DNA of 31,810 nt from Deferribacterales bacterium (lineage in GTDB: Bacteria > Chrysiogenota > Deferribacteres > Deferribacterales > Geovibrionaceae), in NCBI GenBank assembly GCA_050253335.1, contig JBFWJG010000030.1, positions 1 through 31,810 of the forward strand, read 5' to 3'. Shown here piece by piece: positions 1 to 8,603 of the stretch. Both the position numbers and the translations under genes were made by a program. Below the pieces are notes generated by a model that was not told the origin of the DNA, did no database searches, and saw only the letters and a program-made list of their open reading frames with translations. Positions within the stretch are counted from its first letter, which is position 1. Every line of letters begins with the position of its first letter.

Positions 1-993
1 TCGGGTATATCCCTCGCGCAGGTGAGCGAGTTTTCATTCATCCTCGGCGCCGCGGGTGCCGCAGCGGGACTAATCGATGCCGATACATACACTTTCCATA
101 TAGCTGTCACGGTTATATCAATGGCGACAACGCCTTTTCTTATAATAGCCGCTCCTAAGGTTGCGGATATCCTTTCGGTTGTACCCCTGCCGTCAAAGCT
201 CCGTTTCGGCTATCTCCATGAAAAGAAGGAGAACGACCACAAAGAGCTCATTGACCACATAATAATCGCCGGATTCGGGCTTAACGGCAGAAACACCGCC
301 AGAGCCGCCAAGGAGACAGGCATAAGCTATGTGGTCATAGAGATGAACCCCGAAACGGTTAAGAAAGAGAAGGAGCTGGGAACTCCGATATTTTACGGTG
401 ATGCCTCCCAGTCCGCTGTTCTGGAACACGGCAGTCTCCACAGCGCCCGAATTGTTGTTGTGACCCTTCCGGATCCCGTTGCGGTGCGCAAGGTTGTGGA
501 AACGGCCAGACGTGAAAACCCCACTGTCTATATCCTTGCCAGAACAAGGTATATAACCGAGATCAAGCCGCTGAAGGAGCTTGGGGCGGATGAGATAATT
601 GTAGAGGAATACGAAACCGCGATTGAAACTTTCTCCCGTGTGCTGAGGAAGTATCAGATCACTGCGGAGGAGATAGAGAGAATAGCCTCCGGCATACGCT
701 ATGAGGTTCACGGCGGCGCAAACGGAACAGAGTCCAGAGCGGCTTATAACGAAGGTGTGTGCCTCACGGGGATGAACATAAAGAATGTCACGGTTCCCGT
801 GGGTTCACCGGCAGCGGGCAAAACTCTCAGGGATCTTGATCTCAGGTTCCGCTACAGTGTCTCTCTTCTGGCTGTGCGCAGGGGGCAGCAGGTTATGGCC
901 AATCCCGGCAGCGGCTTTGTTCTGGATGAGCGGGATGAGCTTGTTCTCATGGGGGATGACGATGCCGTGCTTAATTTTACTAAGAGTCTCTGA
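1..993 (+). CDS. Kef-type cation:proton antiporter with TrkA-N/TrkA-C (RCK) domains, 5'-truncated by window edge
   Basis: Frame is open from base 1 (SGISLAQVSEFSF, the CPA2 'LAQxGEF' motif). Later HIIIAGFGLNG Rossmann motif and YGDASQ (TrkA-N); C-terminal GKTLRDLDLR..SLLAVRR (TrkA-C). Confidence 0.9.
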   Translation, partial: SGISLAQVSEFSFILGAAGAAAGLIDADTYTFHIAVTVISMATTPFLIIAAPKVADILSVVPLPSKLRFGYLHEKKENDHKELIDHIIIAGFGLNGRNTARAAKETGISYVVIEMNPETVKKEKELGTPIFYGDASQSAVLEHGSLHSARIVVVTLPDPVAVRKVVETARRENPTVYILARTRYITEIKPLKELGADEIIVEEYETAIETFSRVLRKYQITAEEIERIASGIRYEVHGGANGTESRAAYNEGVCLTGMNIKNVTVPVGSPAAGKTLRDLDLRFRYSVSLLAVRRGQQVMANPGSGFVLDERDELVLMGDDDAVLNFTKSL

Positions 994-1259
994 TGAATGT
1001 TGACAATATACTGATTTTTCTCAGCGGATTTATGATAGGCGGGTTCATATGCACCCGGGCGGAGGCTTTTCTTATCGAAAGGCGCTTCCCCGGGGACAGA
1101 ACCCCTGAGCAGGTCGGGGAATATATGAAAAAGCTCGGTTTTATCGGGGTATTTTTCTCCGTGCTTGCGGGTGTTGTTTCGTTCAGCCTGTTCCCGCATC
1201 CTTTTATCTACGGTCTCTGCGGAGGGTATGCGCTCTTTGCATCCAAAATAGGGATTTAA
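993..1259 (+). CDS. Small hypothetical membrane protein (88 aa, about 3 TM segments)
   Basis: TGATG stop/start overlap with the upstream antiporter; hydrophobic segments. Confidence 0.75.
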   Translation: MNVDNILIFLSGFMIGGFICTRAEAFLIERRFPGDRTPEQVGEYMKKLGFIGVFFSVLAGVVSFSLFPHPFIYGLCGGYALFASKIGI

Positions 1260-1397
1260 CGCCCGAATGTCAGAATTTTATTATTATTCACTTCACATCT
1301 GTTTTTCAGCCTGACTGCCTGATTTTATCTGGTAATATTAATTACGGGCATGGTCTTATCCTGTGCCATTTTCCGGAATATTTCTCAGGAGAAAATC

Positions 1398-4300
1398 ATG
1401 AATTGTGTGCGTAAATCATATTTTTATATTATTTTTCTTTCCGTTTTCCTCATTCTCTCTGCGGTTTCCTGCGGTGACGGAGTGCAGGACGGCGGCGGTG
1501 AGCAGAAAGTCACTGTCCGTCTGAAGATGGACGGTCTCTTTGAAGAAGAGAGCAGAAACAAAAGAACCTCCATAGGAGGGCAGGAAGCCTCAACACTCTA
1601 TCTTGATATTTCCGCCTCCGGCTGGTCGGGGCTGAGGCTTAATCTCTCTGATATGCTTGAAAAAAGCGAAAGAGAAGTGGACGTGGAGATCACGGCCGGA
1701 AAGATATACACATTCACAGTTAGCGCATATACTTCGGGCGGTGTTCTTCTTTGCAGCGGCTCTGAGAGCGCTATGATTCAGGCGGCTGCCGAGGTTAAGA
1801 TAAATCTGGTCTGCGCTTTGCAGATAAGCGTGGATCTCTCCCCCGCAAAGGTTGAAGGGGTGATGAACCTCCTTGAATACCAGAGCCTGCCTTCCGTGCA
1901 GACCGCAATGAGCAGTCTTTCAGACGCAGTCGCGGACGGAGTGAACCTCGGCGAGGTTCAGGACGCGGTTGAGGAAGCGGAGCTTGCCGCGGGTTCAGCA
2001 TCAAAAAGCAAGAATTCCCAGAGCTACAGAATGCTTGTGGAAGCTCTCAGAAACCTGAAACTCAGCTCGCCTTCGGCTTTTAACGCATTTAAGAACATGG
2101 TGAACGCCCTTGACAACACGGCGGAGCTGAAGGAGGCCGCTGAACTTCTGGAAAGCGTTCTGGAGGAAGGGCTTAAACCTGAGATATCCGTGAATCCATC
2201 TTCGGTTTCTTTCGGCAATGTAGAGACGGGCACTCTTTCTGATCATGAGATTGTGATGATTACCAACTCCGGCAATTTCAGGCTTGGTGTTGAGAGCATA
2301 ACTCTCTCGGATAACTATAATTTTATCTTGCATCAGGCAGGCTCCTCCCCCTGCGCCTCCGCACCCTTTGTGCTTCTGCCCGGGGAGAGCTGCACCGTGT
2401 CCGTTGCTGCTTCCCCTTATTCAGTCGGAGCTCTCAGCAGTCTTCTGACAGTTTCATCCGACAACTCCTCAGTTGATGACGGCGAGGCCGCCCTCAGCGT
2501 AAACGGCATTGCCCCGCCCGTGACCGATGTGTCTATATCGCCGACATCTGCCGATTTCGGCAGTGTTGAGATAGGCGAAAGCGAAACAGTCACTCTCACT
2601 GTCAACAATACCGGAACAAATGATCTTAAAATCGAATATGTTTCCGTCAATCCGCCTCAGGGCGTATATACAACTGACGCTTCTTCATGCGCAAATCCAG
2701 TTCCTGCGGGAAGCAGCTGCGGGATAACGGTCACGTTTGAGCCTCTGGCCGCAATGTCATACACGGCTTCGGTATCAATTGAAGGAAACTTTCCTCTCAG
2801 CCCGAAAGTTATATCCGCCTCCGGCATCGGTGTTCCCGCCGGTTCTCCGGTTATCACGCCGGACAGGACAAAGCTGGACTTCGGAGCGGTTCTGAACCCG
2901 GGGCTTGTCACAAAAACTATCGTTCTCACCAACACAGGCTCTGCCGAAGCCTCAGGCATCAGTGCCGTTATAACAGGCGCTGCGGACTTCACCGAGTCGG
3001 AAAACTGCTCAACACTGGCACCCGGGGACAACTGCACGGTGACAGTGACATTTGAACCGGACATGCCGACAGGGGAAAGGAGCGCAATGCTTGAAGTCAG
3101 CTCGAACGCTCCTTCAGTTTCCATCGGACTGAAGGGCTATTCCGTTGAGGAAGGCACCAGAGCGAAGACTGTTCTTTTTGAGGACACAACCCTTGCGGCT
3201 CTTTCTGAAAGAAACGTTGCGATGTGCGGCGGGGGAAGGGCTCACGCCGCTTTTACCAACGGAAGCAAAGTAGCTTACGCATTTTTTGACGGCGGGGAAT
3301 GGTATCTCAGCGATATCGGCGTTCAGCACGATGCCTCCATCGGAGGTGTTGCGATCGCGGCGGATTCGGACTGTATGCCTCATATAGCCTACACTATGGA
3401 CAACGGAACAGGCTTTGAGCTGTATTATGCACAGAGCAGGGTTTCCGGATTCTGGGAGCATAAAAAGGTCAGCGGGACGGATGCCTCGTCAATGAGCGAG
3501 ACTGTTTCCATAGCGGCTGACGGAGCAGACATATACATATCAAGCATAATCGAAGGAACCTACGACGCGGTTGTGGACAAAACATCGGACTTCGGCGCGG
3601 CCTTCACCCGAAAAAACATAGCCACCGGCCTAGCGGGGCCTGAAAGCACTCTCCTGAAAATTGATCAGACCGGAACGGTACACATGGTTTTCAGGGATTC
3701 GGACGGCATCCACTATGCCAACAATACATCTGATCCTTGGCCTGTGGATGAGGAAATAGCGAACGGATATTTTCCCTCCATCGCCTTTTACGGAACAGAA
3801 GTGCATGTGATATATCATGACGGCGGACTTTACGAAACTGTTAACTCCGGCGGCGGATGGTCATCCACTCCCGCGGCTATAGACGGCGCGGTAAACGGCT
3901 CGCTCGCTGCCGTAACCCGTACGGGTGAGATCAGGGTATTTTACAAATATAACGATTCCGCAACGCCTAAGATTATGACAAGCACATACACCGGAACATG
4001 GTCCGCCCCCGCGGAGTTTTATGACAACAGCATAGCCTTTTTCACCGGAAGCTCAATGCTCGCCGCCGCCTCCGGCCCGTCGGACAGCCTTATGGTTGTT
4101 TATGACGAGGGAGCGGTGCTTGTCTCAAAAAGCTATGCCGGAGCTCTCTGGAGCGCTTCCTCCGAAATCTCGCCTATAGTGGGGGTTAATGAAAATATCT
4201 CATTCGACATGGAGTTTGACTCCTCCGGAAATCAGCTTGTCGGCGCAGTTGCGGATCTGGTTTATGAACAAAGCGGCGGTCTGTATATTTTTAATTCCTC

Positions 4301-5501
4301 AAACGGCAGTTTCACTGTTGAGGCTCTGGACACTCCGGAGAAGTATACTGTCAAAGGTCTGGATCTGTTCCTGTCCGAACCGGACATAAGCATATGCTAT
4401 ATATACTCCACAGACGGTATTACGGACAAAATCGGCTATCTGGACAGGCTGACCTACGGTTCACACAACATGCTTGACACATCCACATCTCCTGTCTGCT
4501 CTGTTGCGGCGGACGGAAACGGCGATATATTCATAGCCTACGGAGACAGCACCGGAAAACCGACCCTCAGGGAGATCGGAGGCGGAATAACAGGCGGACT
4601 CACCAGCCAGATCACGGAATCTTCCATATCCATGAAATATCTGCCCTCTGAGAACAAGCTTTATCTATCCTACTATGACAACACAACCGCAAACGAGCAT
4701 TACGGACTAAACTTCTTCAGCAATGCCGCGGACAAAGCTGTTGAAACCGCGGCTCATGTGAACGGCTTTACCGATCTCGCCGTGTCAGCCTCAGGAAGCC
4801 TGATTTATCTTCTGGGCGGAACTGACAGCGCTTACGATTCGATTGTGGCTGTTGCCGAGTGTGATCCGGATCTCAGCTCGTGCCTCTCTCAGGAACCTTT
4901 TTATCCTGCAGCAGGAAACAACATCAGCGGTGTTTCCCTTGCCGTGGATTCTTCGGATCATGTTTATGCGGCGGTAATAGAAGAGGGAAGGGGGATTATC
5001 CTTGCGGACGGCATCCTGAACGACACATACGATGAAACGATTCTTGACAACGCATCGGCTTATTCGACCTCATACAACGGAATAAAAACTTTGATCAATC
5101 CCGCTACCCAGCTTGTTTCTGTGTTTTACCGCAGCGGCGGCAGGCTTGTTCATGAGACCGAAAGCCTGATACCTGTTCCCGCTGTTTCCCACATTTACAA
5201 GAACTTCGGCAAAGTCAGCATAGGCAGCTTTTCCTCCGAGCTTGTGATAACGGTGGCAAACACGGGAACGCAGGTTATGAATGTCGGCAGTATAGCCCTT
5301 CAGCACGGCGATGACTTTGTCCTTGAGAAAGATTACGGCGCGGGTTCCTGCCAGCAGAATTCGTTTTTGCTGTATCCTTCGGAATCATGCACAGTGAAGG
5401 TCAGGTTTAATCCTTCCGCAGGCGGAGCCCTGAGTGACAGAATGATTCTGGAAACCGACGGGGGCAAAAAGACAACGAATGTATTCGGCGTAGGAATTTA
5501 A
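1398..5501 (+). CDS. Large predicted surface lipoprotein with four choice-of-anchor D/ASH-type Ig-like domains and a central beta-propeller-like region
   Basis: AGGAG RBS at 1387-1391 before ATG 1398; signal peptide ending AVS-C; repeated 'P..I.V.P...DFG.V.......T..N.G...L.....C....L.PG.SC...V.F.P' domains at about 2178, 2526, 2847 and 5172. Confidence 0.8.
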   Translation: MNCVRKSYFYIIFLSVFLILSAVSCGDGVQDGGGEQKVTVRLKMDGLFEEESRNKRTSIGGQEASTLYLDISASGWSGLRLNLSDMLEKSEREVDVEITAGKIYTFTVSAYTSGGVLLCSGSESAMIQAAAEVKINLVCALQISVDLSPAKVEGVMNLLEYQSLPSVQTAMSSLSDAVADGVNLGEVQDAVEEAELAAGSASKSKNSQSYRMLVEALRNLKLSSPSAFNAFKNMVNALDNTAELKEAAELLESVLEEGLKPEISVNPSSVSFGNVETGTLSDHEIVMITNSGNFRLGVESITLSDNYNFILHQAGSSPCASAPFVLLPGESCTVSVAASPYSVGALSSLLTVSSDNSSVDDGEAALSVNGIAPPVTDVSISPTSADFGSVEIGESETVTLTVNNTGTNDLKIEYVSVNPPQGVYTTDASSCANPVPAGSSCGITVTFEPLAAMSYTASVSIEGNFPLSPKVISASGIGVPAGSPVITPDRTKLDFGAVLNPGLVTKTIVLTNTGSAEASGISAVITGAADFTESENCSTLAPGDNCTVTVTFEPDMPTGERSAMLEVSSNAPSVSIGLKGYSVEEGTRAKTVLFEDTTLAALSERNVAMCGGGRAHAAFTNGSKVAYAFFDGGEWYLSDIGVQHDASIGGVAIAADSDCMPHIAYTMDNGTGFELYYAQSRVSGFWEHKKVSGTDASSMSETVSIAADGADIYISSIIEGTYDAVVDKTSDFGAAFTRKNIATGLAGPESTLLKIDQTGTVHMVFRDSDGIHYANNTSDPWPVDEEIANGYFPSIAFYGTEVHVIYHDGGLYETVNSGGGWSSTPAAIDGAVNGSLAAVTRTGEIRVFYKYNDSATPKIMTSTYTGTWSAPAEFYDNSIAFFTGSSMLAAASGPSDSLMVVYDEGAVLVSKSYAGALWSASSEISPIVGVNENISFDMEFDSSGNQLVGAVADLVYEQSGGLYIFNSSNGSFTVEALDTPEKYTVKGLDLFLSEPDISICYIYSTDGITDKIGYLDRLTYGSHNMLDTSTSPVCSVAADGNGDIFIAYGDSTGKPTLREIGGGITGGLTSQITESSISMKYLPSENKLYLSYYDNTTANEHYGLNFFSNAADKAVETAAHVNGFTDLAVSASGSLIYLLGGTDSAYDSIVAVAECDPDLSSCLSQEPFYPAAGNNISGVSLAVDSSDHVYAAVIEEGRGIILADGILNDTYDETILDNASAYSTSYNGIKTLINPATQLVSVFYRSGGRLVHETESLIPVPAVSHIYKNFGKVSIGSFSSELVITVANTGTQVMNVGSIALQHGDDFVLEKDYGAGSCQQNSFLLYPSESCTVKVRFNPSAGGALSDRMILETDGGKKTTNVFGVGI

Positions 5502-5515
5502 AATCTAAATAACCG

Positions 5516-5544
5516 GAGGCTCCCTCTTCAGGGAGCCTCTTTTT
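5516..5544 (+). terminator. Rho-independent terminator between convergent lipoprotein gene and nifV
   Basis: GAGGCTCCCT-cttc-AGGGAGCCTC stem followed by TTTTT. Confidence 0.8.
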
Positions 5545-6662
5545 CAGACTGCGATACTTTTGTAAAGCTCTATTACTTCATTATTCTCCAGATACCGCTT
5601 GCCGCTGCCGCTGATTTTTTTAGCCGCGTCAAGGAGTGTTTTAACTGTTTCCGGTGTGTATTCCAGACCGTGGGACTGAAGAATATACTCCAGAATCCCC
5701 CTGCCTGAATGCTTGCCCACCACCAGCTTTCTCTCCATGCCCAGTTCTGCGGGGTCAAAGGCTTCGTAGTTATTGGGGTTTTTCAATATCCCGTCCGTGT
5801 GTATGCCGGATTCATGGGTAAACATCAGCTCCCCGATGACAGGTCTGTAAGGCTCTATGGCTCTGCCGGAGGCTGTGGAAACATATTCGCTCAGGCTTTT
5901 AATGCGGGAATGTTCAAACCCGTCCTCAACTCCGTAAACATGACGGGAAGCCATAACTATCTCTTCCAGAGGCGCATTCCCCGCCCTTTCCCCCAGACCT
6001 ATAACAGTGGTGTTGACGTGCGCCGCACCTGCTCTGATTGCCGCAAGGGAGTTTGCCGTGGCCAGTCCGAAGTCGTTGTGTGCGTGTATCTCCACATCAA
6101 TGTCCGCTTCGGTTATAATCCGCCTGACTGTTTCATAGGTTGAGAAAGGGTCGAGTATCCCCACGGTATCGCAGTAGCGCAGACGCGCGCCTCCGTATTC
6201 CTTAACAAGTTTTGCGTATTCTATCACAAAGTCAGTGTCCGCCCTTGAGGCGTCCTCTCCGCCGACCGAGACATAAAGTCCTTTTGCCGCGCAGAAGTCC
6301 ATCACCCTCCGAATCTGATCCTTGATCCATGCTCTGTCTTTGTTCAATTTGGTTTTTATCTGTATGTCCGAAAGGGGGAGGGAGATTTCCACGGAATCCG
6401 CCCCTGCGTTTACCGAAGCCTGAACATCGCTCACAACGGCTCTGTTCCATGCGATAATACGTGCGTTCAGCCCCAGATCAATTATGCTTGAGAAAACTCT
6501 GCTCTCTTCCCTGCCCATGACAGGGATCCCCGCCTCAATCTCCTGAACGCCGATTTCGTCCAGTCTTCGGGCTATTTCCAGCTTTTCGGCAGGGGTGAAG
6601 CTAACCCCGGGGGTCTGCTCTCCGTCACGGAGGGTGGTGTCGTCTATTATAAAGTTTTTCAT
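5544..6662 (-). CDS. nifV: Homocitrate synthase
   Basis: DDTTLRDGEQTPG, IHAHNDFGLATAN, GLGERAGNAPLEE and FTHESGIH motifs; no LeuA regulatory domain; divergent from nifB; GAGGAGG RBS. Confidence 0.93.
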   Translation of the reverse strand: MKNFIIDDTTLRDGEQTPGVSFTPAEKLEIARRLDEIGVQEIEAGIPVMGREESRVFSSIIDLGLNARIIAWNRAVVSDVQASVNAGADSVEISLPLSDIQIKTKLNKDRAWIKDQIRRVMDFCAAKGLYVSVGGEDASRADTDFVIEYAKLVKEYGGARLRYCDTVGILDPFSTYETVRRIITEADIDVEIHAHNDFGLATANSLAAIRAGAAHVNTTVIGLGERAGNAPLEEIVMASRHVYGVEDGFEHSRIKSLSEYVSTASGRAIEPYRPVIGELMFTHESGIHTDGILKNPNNYEAFDPAELGMERKLVVGKHSGRGILEYILQSHGLEYTPETVKTLLDAAKKISGSGKRYLENNEVIELYKSIAV

Positions 6663-6701
6663 TTATGCCTCCTCAAAACGGATTTCATTTATCACTCCAT
6701 T

Positions 6702-6718
6702 CGCAAAAGCCGTGCCAA
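6702..6718 (-). promoter_or_regulatory. Sigma-54 (-24/-12) promoter of nifV
   Basis: Minus strand reads TTGGCACG-GCTT-TTGCG, matching TGGCACG-N4-TTGC. Confidence 0.85.
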
Positions 6719-6773
6719 GGGCTGTTTTATGTTTGATTCTTTGTTTATGAATGAGTTATGCGCTCATGGTCAT

Positions 6774-6789
6774 TGTATCAACTATTACA
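6774..6789. promoter_or_regulatory. NifA-type upstream activator sequence 1 (TGT-N10-ACA)
   Basis: TGT-atcaactatt-ACA between the two divergent sigma-54 promoters. Confidence 0.75.
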
Positions 6790-6802
6790 AAGTAACAATG
6801 AT

Positions 6803-6818
6803 TGTAAGGTTCCGGACA
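6803..6818. promoter_or_regulatory. NifA-type upstream activator sequence 2 (TGT-N10-ACA)
   Basis: TGT-aaggttccgg-ACA, 29 bp from UAS1. Confidence 0.75.
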
Positions 6819-6861
6819 AACTTACAATTTTATAAATTATTGAAATATAAGGGAATTGAGT

Positions 6862-6878
6862 TTGGCAGACTTCTTGCA
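6862..6878 (+). promoter_or_regulatory. Sigma-54 (-24/-12) promoter of nifB
   Basis: TTGGCAGACTTCTTGCA with correct GG-N10-GC spacing, about 28 bp upstream of the ATG; AAGGAG RBS follows. Confidence 0.82.
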
Positions 6879-6905
6879 TAAGGTGAAGCATAAGGAGAAT
6901 GCGCT

Positions 6906-8246
6906 ATGGACAGAGAAACAATCAGACAAAAGGTGGAAAAGCACCCCTGCTACTGTGCCGGGGCGCATATGAAATATTCCCGCATACATCTTCCCGTGGC
7001 TCCCGCCTGTAACATTCAGTGCAACTACTGCAACCGAAAGTTTGATTGCAGCAATGAATCACGCCCGGGAGTGACAAGCGATGTGCTCACTCCGGAACAG
7101 GCGCTTGAGAAAACCATCTCCGCTTATCACGCTGTTGAGAACCTCAGCGTGGCGGGGATAGCAGGCCCGGGCGACGCTCTGGCCAATCCGGAGGAAACTT
7201 TCGGCACTTTCAGGCTGATAAAGGAGTTCAACCCCGATATCAAGCTCTGTCTCAGCACAAACGGACTGGCTCTTCCAAAATATGTAGACCAGATAGCGGA
7301 ACTCGGCATAGAGCATGTGACAGTGACGATGAACGCGGTTGACCCTGAAATCGCTGTTAAGATATACGACAATGTGGGCGGTGAAAGAGGGATCGAAGCC
7401 GTGAAAAAGCTCATAGGCAACCAGATTCTCGGAATACGGATGCTTGTGGCGGAGAATGTTATTGTGAAGGTTAATTCCGTTCTCATTCCCGGGATAAATG
7501 ATGAACACATAGCGGAAGTGGCGGAAACCATAAAAGAACTGGGTGCTTACATTCACAATGTAATCCCGCTTATGTCCAAAAAGGAATACGGAACAAAATT
7601 TTCCGAGATGGAGATTCCCGAACCGGACTGCGCGATGCTCGCCAAGGTCAGAAACGACTGCGAGGACGCCATGGGCAGTTCGGAGAATATCATGAGCCAC
7701 TGCCGTCAGTGCAGGGCGGATGCTGTGGGGAAACTGGGAAGCGTTTCGAAAATAGGTGACCTTTCCCTTGATGAGCATTCCAGAACACACAGCGGGGCTG
7801 TTTTCGGCAGGCTGAATGAACTCGCCGTGGCGGATGTGCGGGCAGGAATAGCCGACATGAAGGATTTTCTCCGCGGGCGCACAGTGAGGGTCGCCGTTGC
7901 TTCGTCAACAGGGCGCTGTCTTGACTCCAACTTCGGCAAGGCGGGAAGATTTGAAATTTACGCCTTCACAGAAGAAGGCTTTGAGCATGAGGGAACATTC
8001 GACCTTGCCTCCGCCGTTGCCTCCTCTCCTGAAACAAGGCTGGATGCGAGGACAAACGCGATAATAAACGGCCTCGGCACATGCCATGCGGCGGTATTCC
8101 GCAAAATAGGCAACAGCGCTGCGGAGGAAATGAGAAATCTGGGCATAGTTCCGTTTGCGGGAACTGCTTACAGCGTGTGTCTTAAAGAGGCATGGAAAGC
8201 GGCGGAAAAAATAATCGCGCCCGAAAACGCGGAGGTGAAAAAATGA
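6906..8246 (+). CDS. nifB: FeMo-cofactor biosynthesis radical SAM protein NifB with C-terminal NifX-like domain
   Basis: HPC, CNIQCNYC, ESRPG, AGPGDAL, TVTMN and CRQCRADA fingerprint motifs; C-terminal VRVAVASS..FG..RFEIY NifX-like fold. Confidence 0.96.
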   Translation: MDRETIRQKVEKHPCYCAGAHMKYSRIHLPVAPACNIQCNYCNRKFDCSNESRPGVTSDVLTPEQALEKTISAYHAVENLSVAGIAGPGDALANPEETFGTFRLIKEFNPDIKLCLSTNGLALPKYVDQIAELGIEHVTVTMNAVDPEIAVKIYDNVGGERGIEAVKKLIGNQILGIRMLVAENVIVKVNSVLIPGINDEHIAEVAETIKELGAYIHNVIPLMSKKEYGTKFSEMEIPEPDCAMLAKVRNDCEDAMGSSENIMSHCRQCRADAVGKLGSVSKIGDLSLDEHSRTHSGAVFGRLNELAVADVRAGIADMKDFLRGRTVRVAVASSTGRCLDSNFGKAGRFEIYAFTEEGFEHEGTFDLASAVASSPETRLDARTNAIINGLGTCHAAVFRKIGNSAAEEMRNLGIVPFAGTAYSVCLKEAWKAAEKIIAPENAEVKK

Positions 8247-8536
8247 TCGCATCCCCGAAACTCACCCACAGGGATTTTAACGGACAGCTTATCAAAGGAA
8301 CGGTTCTGGAGGTGGATGCAGGGCTCATTAACGCTTCCGTGATAATTCAGTCCGGCAGGCGCACCATAAGCATAGTTATGCCCGCGGCAGAGCTTGTTAA
8401 GGCGGGTATAGCTGTTAACAGCACGGTTTTCTGCCTTATGAGCGGCAAGGACATAACAATAATAACGGACATAAAGGAATACATGACAAGGCTTCAGAAA
8501 AAGAACCCCAATCTGGAGACTTATCTTGTGAAATAA
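8243..8536 (+). CDS. TOBE/molbindin-like small protein (97 aa)
   Basis: ATGA overlap with the nifB stop, GGAGG RBS; KGTVLEVDAGLINASVII...ISIVM...AGIAVNSTVFCLMSGKDITI follows the TOBE pattern. Confidence 0.7.
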   Translation: MIASPKLTHRDFNGQLIKGTVLEVDAGLINASVIIQSGRRTISIVMPAAELVKAGIAVNSTVFCLMSGKDITIITDIKEYMTRLQKKNPNLETYLVK

Positions 8537-8567
8537 TAGGGCTGTCTGCCTCGTGAGCGTGCAAGGC

Positions 8568-8591
8568 TCCCTCCTTTGAAGAAAGGAGGGA
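8568..8591. terminator. GC-rich palindrome between convergent genes (terminator or REP-like)
   Basis: TCCCTCCTTT-gaag-AAAGGAGGGA; no clear adjacent U-tract. Confidence 0.5.
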
Positions 8592-8603
8592 TGGGCATTT
8601 TAA

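Noticed and set aside
5544..6662. leuA/cimA assignment
   Set aside because: Short length without a regulatory domain, plus nifB linkage and a sigma-54/NifA-type promoter, favours nifV.
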